From sequence record SRR20825006_1584: a stretch of DNA of 64,000 nucleotides. One strand, written 5' to 3'. Below the pieces are notes generated by a model. That model saw only the letters and a list, made by a program, of their open reading frames with translations. It was not told where the DNA came from and searched no databases. The position numbers and the translations under genes are program-made. Shown here one piece after another: positions 51,054 through 59,014 of this stretch; the first letter of the stretch is position 1, and the number at the start of each line of letters is the position of its first letter.

Positions 51054-52268
51054 TCAGGCGATCAATTTTCCGATTATGAAGTTGAGGAGAGGTCGCCCCT
51101 TTGGGGTGAGCCTCAACCGGCTCGTGTCCGGCTCAAGGTGCCCGCTTGCTATCAGGTCCTGTTGTGCGTGGGTGCTCACCACATTCATGACCTTGCCGCC
51201 GAACCGGCTTTCAAGAGCCGCTGTTTCGATGCCGTCTGTCAGCCTTAACCCCATCATGATAGCTTCCACCATGCGGTCGCTCGCATCAATATGCTCCAGC
51301 TCCAGCGTGCCGTGGCCAAAACCTTCCACACGCTCAAGCCAGTCTTCCGGGCGTTTCACCTGGGCGTGGGCATAGGCGGCACCATGGCTGAGTGCCGGGA
51401 TACGGCCGTGCGCGCCCGGGCCAATGCCAACATAATAGTCCCCGCGCCAATAGCTCAGGTTATGGCGGCTTTCCTCGCCCGGCCTTGCGTGGTTTGAGGT
51501 CTCGTAAGGCGGCAGGCCAGCGGCTGTGGTCAGGTCCGTGGTCAGGTCAAACAGCGCGGCGGCTTCGTCTTCATCCGGCAGGGTAAACTTGCCGCGGTGG
51601 AACTGGTGATAAAAGGCGGTGCCTTCTTCAATCGTCAGCTGATAAAGCGACAGGTGCGAGGTGGAAAAGGATAATGCTTCTGTTAACTCTGCGCGCCAGT
51701 CTTCAAGCGATTGATGAGGGCGGGCATAGATGAGGTCAAATGACACTCTATCAAAGTTGTCTTGCGCGACTTTAAGGGCCTTCAGGGCTTCTTCGGCGCT
51801 GTGCAGTCGCCCGAGAAACTTCAGCACATCATTATCAAGTGACTGGATACCAACGGAAATGCGGTTCACGCCAGCGTCTGCGTAAGCCTTGAAGCGGCCC
51901 GCTTCCACGCTTGAGGGGTTGGCCTCAAGCGTGACTTCAATATTGTCCGCAATATCATCCGGGCCCCAATGATGGCGGATACGCTCTATCACCGCGTGGG
52001 TGGTTTCCGGCTCCATCAGGCTTGGGGTGCCACCACCGAAAAAGATCGAGCTGGCTGTCAGGTGCGGGAAGCTGGATGCGAATGTATCGATCTCGCGCAC
52101 CAGCGCGTCGCGCCAGCGCTTGTGGCTCACTTCATCGCGCACATGGCTGTTGAAATCACAATAGGGGCATTTTTTGAGGCAAAAAGGCCAGTGCACATAA
52201 ATGGCAGCTGGCCCTTTATAGTCGCTCTCTTGTAGCGCTGGCGGCTCAATTGTTTTTAAAGCAGGCAT
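51054..52268 (-). CDS. hemW: Radical SAM heme chaperone HemW
   Basis: [25 protein letters not shown] and HNLSYW. Confidence 0.95.
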   Translation of the reverse strand: MPALKTIEPPALQESDYKGPAAIYVHWPFCLKKCPYCDFNSHVRDEVSHKRWRDALVREIDTFASSFPHLTASSIFFGGGTPSLMEPETTHAVIERIRHHWGPDDIADNIEVTLEANPSSVEAGRFKAYADAGVNRISVGIQSLDNDVLKFLGRLHSAEEALKALKVAQDNFDRVSFDLIYARPHQSLEDWRAELTEALSFSTSHLSLYQLTIEEGTAFYHQFHRGKFTLPDEDEAAALFDLTTDLTTAAGLPPYETSNHARPGEESRHNLSYWRGDYYVGIGPGAHGRIPALSHGAAYAHAQVKRPEDWLERVEGFGHGTLELEHIDASDRMVEAIMMGLRLTDGIETAALESRFGGKVMNVVSTHAQQDLIASGHLEPDTSRLRLTPKGRPLLNFIIGKLIA

Positions 52269-52848
52269 CGATCAGTTGCTTGAAAGCGTGCGCGCGGTGG
52301 CTCATGGCGTGTTTGGCCTTGGGCTCCATTTCCGCGAAGGTGGTATCAAACCCGGTGGGGATGAAAATAGGGTCATAGCCAAAACCTTTTTCGCCGCGCA
52401 TGGGCCAGGTAATGGTGCCAAACACCTTGCCTTCAAAACTTTCCATATGCCCGTCAGGCCAGGCGAGGGTGAGCGCGCAGGTAAAGTTGGCGGTCTTATC
52501 CGGGTTGTTGCCTACCTTCTCCGTCACGGTTTTCATCGCAACATTGAAGTCTTTTTCTTCACCGGCCCAGCGCGCGCTATAAATGCCCGGCTCACCGCCC
52601 AAGGCGCTAACCTCCAACCCGCTATCATCCGCGAGCGACGGCAGGTTTGATGCTTTGGCAGCTGCCAGCGCCTTGATCTCGGCGTTTGCGATAAAGGTCA
52701 GCCCGTCTTCAACAGGTTCGGGCAGGCCGAGGTCACCGGCCGAGATGGTCTCAACACCAAAGGGCGCCAGAAGCTCCCCAATCTCGCGCACCTTGCCCTT
52801 GTTATGGCTGGCGATCACCAGCTTGTTGCTGTCAAAAAGCCGGGACAT
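52246..52848 (-). CDS. rdgB: Non-canonical purine NTP pyrophosphatase
   Basis: [21 protein letters not shown] and SHR motifs. Confidence 0.97.
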   Translation of the reverse strand: MSRLFDSNKLVIASHNKGKVREIGELLAPFGVETISAGDLGLPEPVEDGLTFIANAEIKALAAAKASNLPSLADDSGLEVSALGGEPGIYSARWAGEEKDFNVAMKTVTEKVGNNPDKTANFTCALTLAWPDGHMESFEGKVFGTITWPMRGEKGFGYDPIFIPTGFDTTFAEMEPKAKHAMSHRAHAFKQLIDACFKNN

Positions 52849-52853
52849 GGGGC

Positions 52854-53570
52854 CTATTTCCCCAAGGCTTTGTTTTGCGCTGCTTTGATTTCATCGCAGC
52901 CGATGCGTGCGAGGCGCAAGAGACGGAGAAACTCTTCTTCAGAGAAAGGTTCTTCTTCCGCCGTGCCCTGAATTTCCACAATGCCGCCTTTGCCGGTCAA
53001 TACAAAGTTGGCGTCTGTCTCTGCGGTGCTGTCTTCGTCATAATCCAGATCAAGCACCGGCGTGCCCTGATAGATACCGCAGGAGATTGCCGCGATGCTG
53101 TCGGTGAACGGCATTTCGTCGATATAACCTTCGCTGATCATCCATTCAAAACACTGGGAGAGCGCAACATAAGCACCAGAGATGGAGGCTGTGCGGGTGC
53201 CGCCGTCAGCCTGGATCACGTCACAGTCGATACGGATCTGTTTTTCACCAAGTTTGGTGAGGTCAACAACCGCGCGCATGGCCCGGCCGATCAGGCGCTG
53301 GATTTCCTGTGTGCGGCCGGATTGTTTGCCTTTGGCGGCTTCGCGCGCCATGCGCCCGTGGGTGGAACGCGGCAGCATGCCATATTCAGCCGTAACCCAT
53401 CCCTTGCCTGTGTTCCTGAGCCAGGGCGGTGTCTGGTCCTCAAACGTTGCGGTTACCAGCACGTGGGTATCGCCAAATTTCACAAGGCAACTGCCTTCTG
53501 CATGTTTGGCAAAACCGGGTGTCATTTCGATAGTACGCATTTCGTCGCTTGAACGGCCGCTCGGTCGCAT
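52854..53570 (-). CDS. rph: Ribonuclease PH
   Basis: [20 protein letters not shown] and [14 protein letters not shown]. Confidence 0.98.
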   Translation of the reverse strand: MRPSGRSSDEMRTIEMTPGFAKHAEGSCLVKFGDTHVLVTATFEDQTPPWLRNTGKGWVTAEYGMLPRSTHGRMAREAAKGKQSGRTQEIQRLIGRAMRAVVDLTKLGEKQIRIDCDVIQADGGTRTASISGAYVALSQCFEWMISEGYIDEMPFTDSIAAISCGIYQGTPVLDLDYDEDSTAETDANFVLTGKGGIVEIQGTAEEEPFSEEEFLRLLRLARIGCDEIKAAQNKALGK

Positions 53571-53667
53571 GAGGTATCCTTTTTCTAGGTCAACAGATGC
53601 CCGTTCTACTCCGCTCAAACCGCGAGGTCAAAGCCTTGCGGCGCAGAATTGGTGATGCGGCGGCGAT

Positions 53668-53759
53668 TGCACACATAAATGCCACACATCACGCCACAGA
53701 TACGCCGCATATTCGCGCGCACTTGTGCCCCACGCATGCCACACATGCGCCACACCTTG
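53668..53759. repeat. Degenerate tandem ~11-12 bp repeat (GCCACACAT-like, about 8 units)
   Basis: TGCACACATAAAT / GCCACACATCAC / GCCACAGATAC / GCCGCATATTC / GCGCGCACTTGT / GCCCCACGCAT / GCCACACATGC / GCCACACCTTG. Confidence 0.7.
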
Positions 53760-53764
53760 AGAGA

Positions 53765-53792
53765 TTGACGTAGGGCACTGCCGTACCTACAT
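53765..53792 (+). promoter_or_regulatory. RpoH-like promoter of hrcA-grpE
   Basis: TTG-N18-CCTACAT, the same geometry as the dnaK promoter. Confidence 0.6.
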
Positions 53793-53821
53793 TCACACCA
53801 GTGATTGGAGTTGTGCACTGT

Positions 53822-54856
53822 ATGTCGCTTGCCGAATTGAATGAACGCTCAAAAGCGATTTTCCGCCAGATTGTCGAGACTTATCTCGAAACCGGCGATC
53901 CCGTAGGCTCGCGTACCATCAGCCGTACCGGCAGCCTTGGTGTTTCGCCCGCGACCATCCGCAACGTGATGGCGGACCTTGAGGATGTGGGCCTGCTTGC
54001 CGCACCCCATACCTCTGCGGGGCGGATCCCGACCGACATCGGCCTGCGTTTTTTTGTCGATGGTTTGATGGAAATTGGCAACCTCACCAAGTCGGAACGT
54101 GAGGCAATCCGCGGGAAATGCGCCACTACCGGCCGCGCGGTGGAGGATGTGCTTTCCGAGGCTACCCGCGCGCTTTCCGGTCTTTCGCGCTGTGCGTCTG
54201 TGGTGATGGTACCAAAGCAGGAGCTTTCGGTTCGTCATATCGAATTTGTGCCCATCGCGCCCGGCCGCGCCCTTGTTGTGCTGGTGGCGGAAGACGGCAG
54301 CGTTGAAAACCGCATCATTGATGTACCCATTGGTTTGCCTGCGTCTGCGCTTATTCAGGCGGGCAATTACCTGAGCGCGCGGCTTGTGGGCCGCTCGATC
54401 GATGATGTTGCAAATGCTGTGCATATGGAGTTGAGCGCCAAACAGGCGGAGCTGGATGCGCTGACCACCAAGGTGGTTGAGGATGGCCTTGCGGTCTGGA
54501 CCGGGGGTGAAGCGCCGGCGTCGCTCATCATCTCAGGGCAGGGCAACTTGCTTGAAAGTGTGCAGGCGGCGGAAGATCTTGAGCGTATCCGCCAGCTTTT
54601 TGACGAGCTTGAGCGCAAAAAAGACTTGATCAAACTGATGGAGCTTGCCAAAGACGGGCGCGGTGTGCGCTTGTTTATCGGGGCAGAGAACAATTTATTT
54701 TCCCTTTCGGGTTCTTCTCTCGTTGTTTCTCCCTATATGAATGGCGCGAACAAAATTGTCGGCGTGATCGGTGTGATCGGCCCGACGAGACTGAATTACG
54801 CCCGCATCGTGCCCATGGTAGACTATACCGCGCGCGTTGTAGGCCGCCTCCTTTAA
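53822..54856 (+). CDS. hrcA: Heat-inducible transcription repressor HrcA
   Basis: PVGSRT, SPATIRNVMADLE, PHTSAGRIPT and GVIGPTRLNY. Confidence 0.98.
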   Translation: MSLAELNERSKAIFRQIVETYLETGDPVGSRTISRTGSLGVSPATIRNVMADLEDVGLLAAPHTSAGRIPTDIGLRFFVDGLMEIGNLTKSEREAIRGKCATTGRAVEDVLSEATRALSGLSRCASVVMVPKQELSVRHIEFVPIAPGRALVVLVAEDGSVENRIIDVPIGLPASALIQAGNYLSARLVGRSIDDVANAVHMELSAKQAELDALTTKVVEDGLAVWTGGEAPASLIISGQGNLLESVQAAEDLERIRQLFDELERKKDLIKLMELAKDGRGVRLFIGAENNLFSLSGSSLVVSPYMNGANKIVGVIGVIGPTRLNYARIVPMVDYTARVVGRLL

Positions 54857-54892
54857 GGCGATTGAAGAGTAAACACGAGTAGGGCAGATATA

Positions 54893-55480
54893 ATGAGCCA
54901 AGAGCAGACAAACGACATGCCAGAAGAAAACCCAGACGTGCCGGAAGAAGAGTTTGCTGAAGACGCTTTTGCAGGCCAGGAAGACGCGGGCGCTGATGAG
55001 GTGGCCAAACTTCAGGCTGAAGTGGCAGAGCTGAAAGACCGCCTGCTTCGCGCTGTGGCGGAGACGGAAAACGTGCGCCGCCGTGCTGAAAAAGACAAAG
55101 CGGATGCAAGCGCTTATGGTGTCACCAATTTCGCGCGCGATATGCTCAATATTTCGGATAACCTGCGCCGCGCGCTGGATAGCATGCCTGAAAAAGTGGC
55201 TGATGATCTCAAGGCCTTCATTGACGGCGTTGAGATGACAGAGCGTGAGCTTCTCAACATTCTTGAGCGCCACGGCATCAAGAAGGTGAACCCGGAAGTG
55301 GGTGAAGCTTTTGACCACAAGTTCCACCAGGCGATGTTTGAAGCACCAACAACCGAGCATGTACCCGGCAGCATCATGCAGGTGATAGCACCCGGTTATG
55401 TGATCAAGGACCGTTTGCTGCGCCCTGCCATGGTAGGTGTTGCCAAAGGCGAAGTGCAGAAAGTGGACACCGAAGTTTAA
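54893..55480 (+). CDS. grpE: Nucleotide exchange factor GrpE
   Basis: LRAVAETENVRRR, FDHKFHQAM and GYVIKDRLLRPAMVGV. Confidence 0.98.
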   Translation: MSQEQTNDMPEENPDVPEEEFAEDAFAGQEDAGADEVAKLQAEVAELKDRLLRAVAETENVRRRAEKDKADASAYGVTNFARDMLNISDNLRRALDSMPEKVADDLKAFIDGVEMTERELLNILERHGIKKVNPEVGEAFDHKFHQAMFEAPTTEHVPGSIMQVIAPGYVIKDRLLRPAMVGVAKGEVQKVDTEV

Positions 55481-55504
55481 CCACTTTCGCCGCTAGCGTT
55501 GAGG

Positions 55505-55530
55505 AAGCCCGGTTTTGCCGGGCTTTTTTT
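55505..55530 (+). terminator. Intrinsic terminator after grpE
   Basis: AAGCCCGG-TTTTG-CCGGGCTT followed by a T-run. Confidence 0.85.
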
Positions 55531-55607
55531 GTTTGGCCTGTCACGCGCACGTCATTAGTCTCTGCATCAATGCGGGCTCGTTCAATGAGCGTTTGTAGGG
55601 GATAAAG

Positions 55608-56594
55608 ATGCTAAAGGCAGCCATTAAAACCACGCTTTTTTCTGCGGTATTATCCGCTAGTGCTTTTGCTGCGGATACCAGCTTCCTTGTGTTTGGGGAC
55701 ATGCCCTACAACAAGGAACAGTTCCAGCAGATGCAGGCTTTAAGCGTTGAGCTGAAGGCGCGGGATACGGCCCACAAGCTGCCGTTTGGCATTTTTTATG
55801 GCGACACCAAAGCGGGTGGCGAGCGCTGCACCAGGGAGCGCCTGACTGAGAACCGTGATCTTATCCTGGGCATGATCAATGCGCCGGTGTTTTTCACCCC
55901 GGGCGATAACGACTGGACAGACTGTGACCGTGGCGGTGATGACGAGCTGCATATTCTGGATAACGTGTTGCGGCCGCTGTATTTCTCAGGCGATATGCTG
56001 CCCGAGAACCGGTTTGAGGAAGCGGCCGCGTGGCAGGTTAACCGCCAACCTCGTTTTCCTGAAAATGTGCGCTGGCGCTACCATGACATCCAGTTTGGGG
56101 CACTTCATATCCTCGCGACAGGCAATGGCCGTGAAGAAATCAGCGTTGGTGATGTTGCCGAGAAGCTTGACCGGGTTGACGCGCGGGATGCTGCCAATCT
56201 GGAATGGCTCGCGGATATTTTCATTGCGGGTGGTGATGCCAAAGCCCTTGTGCTCGCGATCCATACAGATCCCACCAAAACCGATGACAGCCTGCCAAGC
56301 TGCAACGCCGATATCAGGCAGAACTGCCACCCCTATCGGGATTTTCTCGCGGCGCTTAAGGGCCACGCCCAAAACTACGGCAAGCCGGTGCTTCTGGTGC
56401 ACGGCGATACCAACCCTTACTGTGTTCAGGAAGGCTATCTGGGGGCTCAGAATTTAACCCGCCTCAATGCATCAGGCGATTATCACCCCGGTATGACGGA
56501 GGTGCGCTTCGCGGCCCAAGCAGGCGCTTTCCGTTTCCATCACCTCGGGGAAGGTGACAGCTTCAAAGAAACCTGCCCACTGAAAGGCGAGTAG
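55608..56594 (+). CDS. Secreted calcineurin-like metallophosphoesterase
   Basis: Signal peptide; GDMPY, GDTK, TPGDNDWTDC and LVHGD motifs. Confidence 0.85.
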   Translation: MLKAAIKTTLFSAVLSASAFAADTSFLVFGDMPYNKEQFQQMQALSVELKARDTAHKLPFGIFYGDTKAGGERCTRERLTENRDLILGMINAPVFFTPGDNDWTDCDRGGDDELHILDNVLRPLYFSGDMLPENRFEEAAAWQVNRQPRFPENVRWRYHDIQFGALHILATGNGREEISVGDVAEKLDRVDARDAANLEWLADIFIAGGDAKALVLAIHTDPTKTDDSLPSCNADIRQNCHPYRDFLAALKGHAQNYGKPVLLVHGDTNPYCVQEGYLGAQNLTRLNASGDYHPGMTEVRFAAQAGAFRFHHLGEGDSFKETCPLKGE

Positions 56595-56662
56595 CTTCAA
56601 AACGCATAAATAGGCGTTGTTTATAGTCGTCTACGTCGATTGAGGTGAGGCCGAGTCGTTTA

Positions 56663-56677
56663 GAACAAATCGGGAAC
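56663..56677. promoter_or_regulatory. Alphaproteobacterial LexA (SOS) box
   Basis: GAAC-AAATCGG-GAAC (GAAC-N7-GAAC). Confidence 0.65.
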
Positions 56678-56793
56678 TTGATCTCATATATTGTAGTATG
56701 TAGAAAATTTATCCATATATATAGTATACTTATGTACATATAACACTTTGTCTTGACTCCGCGAGCAGCTCTCCGACAAACTTTATAGGATGA

Positions 56794-56886
56794 GTAAACA
56801 AAAGGCCGTTATGGGCGGCAACCCTTAACGGCCTGTGTTTGCGATCCGCAATATGATTGACGTCAGGAGCGGACTGCTGTGTAGAT
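56794..56886 (-). ncRNA. Predicted antisense (counter-transcribed) small RNA in the DUF3892 leader
   Basis: Minus-strand TTGACC-17-AATATT at 56921-56893; hairpin at 56841-56877; terminator-like hairpin at 56803-56834 followed by TTTGTTT on the minus strand. Ends are approximate. Confidence 0.5.
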
Positions 56887-56955
56887 AAGGGAAATATTCC
56901 CGAAAACGGTATGAAGGTCAAGCCTGTCGTCTTTAATATCAAGGAGTCGAAGGCG

Positions 56956-57243
56956 ATGGCCAAGACGCAGACTATTAGGTGCATCAATAAAGATGATCGT
57001 TTGAACCCCTATGAACGGATCATTTCGGTCGGAGGGGTAAATCCAGACAGTTCTCGCTGGAAAATAAGCCAGAAAAAAGCAATTTCGGGTATCAAATCTG
57101 GCGAGTGGGTTTACTATGTAGGCACTGGTAAAGACAGGGTGAGGGTTGTTGTTGCTCAAAGCCCTTATGGAAATGATTACATCAAAACCCAATCTGATGG
57201 TAAGGAGCCGAACAACTTGCTCAACCTACCTGAGTGTCCATAA
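56956..57243 (+). CDS. DUF3892-like small protein (95 aa)
   Basis: AAGGAG RBS; IRCINK.DR.NPYERI..VGG...RWKISQ..AI..I..G...YYV...YIKT..DG..PNNLL.LPECP pattern. Confidence 0.85.
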   Translation: MAKTQTIRCINKDDRLNPYERIISVGGVNPDSSRWKISQKKAISGIKSGEWVYYVGTGKDRVRVVVAQSPYGNDYIKTQSDGKEPNNLLNLPECP

Positions 57244-57258
57244 TTATCAGAAAATAAC

Positions 57259-57285
57259 AAAGGCCGCCAAAACTGGCGGCCTTTT
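57259..57285. terminator. Bidirectional terminator between the DUF3892 gene and lysS
   Basis: AAAGGCCGCCA-AAAC-TGGCGGCCTTTT. Confidence 0.85.
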
Positions 57286-57305
57286 GTGTCGGGGGTTGGT
57301 TTCGC

Positions 57306-58889
57306 TTAAGCGACGGCTTTGCCGTTGATGGCTTTTTCCACCAGCTCGAGCGTTTCCTTGATGCCGTATAGGGCGATGAAACCGCCCATGCGTGGGCCCT
57401 GGCTTTGGCCCAGCAGCACTTCATAACAGGCGCCAAACCAGTCGCGCAGGTTATCAAACTGCGCGTCTTTACCGGCGGAATACACCTCGGTCATGATCAC
57501 CTCGGCGTCGGTCTCGTTCGCGTCCAGATCCTCAAGGCGGCGCTTCAGGCTCTCAAACGCCGCACGTTCCTGCGGTTCCGCCAGGCGGTAGGATTTGTTC
57601 GGTTTTACAAAATCCTCATAATAGCGGATCGCATAGCCCATCAGCTTATCAAGCTCAGGGAAGGTTTCTGCCGTTGCGCCCTCTGCATAACGACCCACAA
57701 ACCCCCACAGGGTTTCACGGTCTTCCGCATTGGCGGCGGAAACGAGGTTGAGCAGAAGCGCGAAGCTCACCGGCAGTTTGGCATCCGGCACTTCGCCGCC
57801 ATGGATGTGCCATGCCGGGTTTTTATAGCGGTCCAGCGCTTCCTGTTCCTGATATTTGCCAACGAAGGTGTAATATTCATCAACCGCCTTGGGGATGACG
57901 TCAAAATACAGGCGCTTGGCTTTCTTTGGGCTCTGGAACATGTAAAGCGACAGGCTCTCGGGGCTCGCATAGGCCAGCCACTCTTCAATCGTCAGGCCAT
58001 TGCCTTTGGATTTGGAGATTTTCTGCCCGTCCTGGTCAAGGAACAGTTCATAATTGAAGCCTTCAGGCGGTTGGCCGCCCAGAATGCGACGGATAATGCT
58101 GGAAAGCTTCACGCTTTCAATCAGGTCAGAGCCCGCCATTTCATAGTCAACGTCGAGCGCATCCCAGCGCATGGCCCAGTCAACCTTCCACTGGCATTTC
58201 ACCCGGCCGCCGGTCACCAAGGTTTCCGTGCGCTTGCCGGATACATCCTCAAACGAGATGAGGCCCGCCTCCGGGTCTTCAATGCGCACAGGCACCTGTA
58301 GTACTTCACCAGTCTCGGGGCTGATCGGCAGGAAAGGTGAATAGGTCTGGCGGCGTTCTTCACCCAGCGTTGGCAGGATCACATTGATGATCTTGTCGTA
58401 GCGCTGGCAGATTTTCACCAGTGTCTCGTCAAACCGGCCGGATTTGTAGCAGTCCGTTGCCGAATAAAACTCATAAGTGAAGCCAAACTGGTCAAGGAAG
58501 GCTTGCAGGCGTGCGTTGTTGTGCGCGCCAAAGCTTGCGTGTGTGCCAAAAGGGTCCGGCACCACGGTTAGCGGCTTGCCAATGGCGGCTGCCAGCAATT
58601 CCTGGTTTGGTACGTTTGTTGGTACTTTCCTCAGGCCGTCCATATCATCCGAGAAACAGATCAGCTTGGTCGGGATGTCCGAGATTTCACGGAAGGCGCG
58701 CATCACCATGGTGGTGCGGGAAACCTCACCAAAGGTGCCGATGTGCGGCAGGCCAGAAGGCCCATAGCCGGTTTCAAACAGCACATACCCCTTTTCAGGT
58801 GCGCCCGATTTATACCGTTTGACCAGCTTCTCTGCTTCCTGGAATGGCCAAGCTTTGCTGGAGAGGGCGAGATCAATATTACCGGTCAT
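57306..58889 (-). CDS. lysS: Lysine--tRNA ligase, class I
   Basis: ETGYGPSGLPHIGTFGE (HIGH), KISKSKGNG (KMSKS) and GPRMG. Confidence 0.97.
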   Translation of the reverse strand: MTGNIDLALSSKAWPFQEAEKLVKRYKSGAPEKGYVLFETGYGPSGLPHIGTFGEVSRTTMVMRAFREISDIPTKLICFSDDMDGLRKVPTNVPNQELLAAAIGKPLTVVPDPFGTHASFGAHNNARLQAFLDQFGFTYEFYSATDCYKSGRFDETLVKICQRYDKIINVILPTLGEERRQTYSPFLPISPETGEVLQVPVRIEDPEAGLISFEDVSGKRTETLVTGGRVKCQWKVDWAMRWDALDVDYEMAGSDLIESVKLSSIIRRILGGQPPEGFNYELFLDQDGQKISKSKGNGLTIEEWLAYASPESLSLYMFQSPKKAKRLYFDVIPKAVDEYYTFVGKYQEQEALDRYKNPAWHIHGGEVPDAKLPVSFALLLNLVSAANAEDRETLWGFVGRYAEGATAETFPELDKLMGYAIRYYEDFVKPNKSYRLAEPQERAAFESLKRRLEDLDANETDAEVIMTEVYSAGKDAQFDNLRDWFGACYEVLLGQSQGPRMGGFIALYGIKETLELVEKAINGKAVA

Positions 58890-59014
58890 AATCGGTTACC
58901 TTCATTTGGGGTTTTTAACGCGCGGAAGCTAGGGTCTGCGCGCAGTTCCGTCAAGATATACTGCTTTTCATTTCAGGCAACATATTCACCTGTTTTTCTG
59001 CGAACTGTGGCGAT

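Noticed and set aside
53668-53759. Repeat array as a CRISPR
   Set aside because: Units are 11-12 bp with no spacers, and there are no cas genes.
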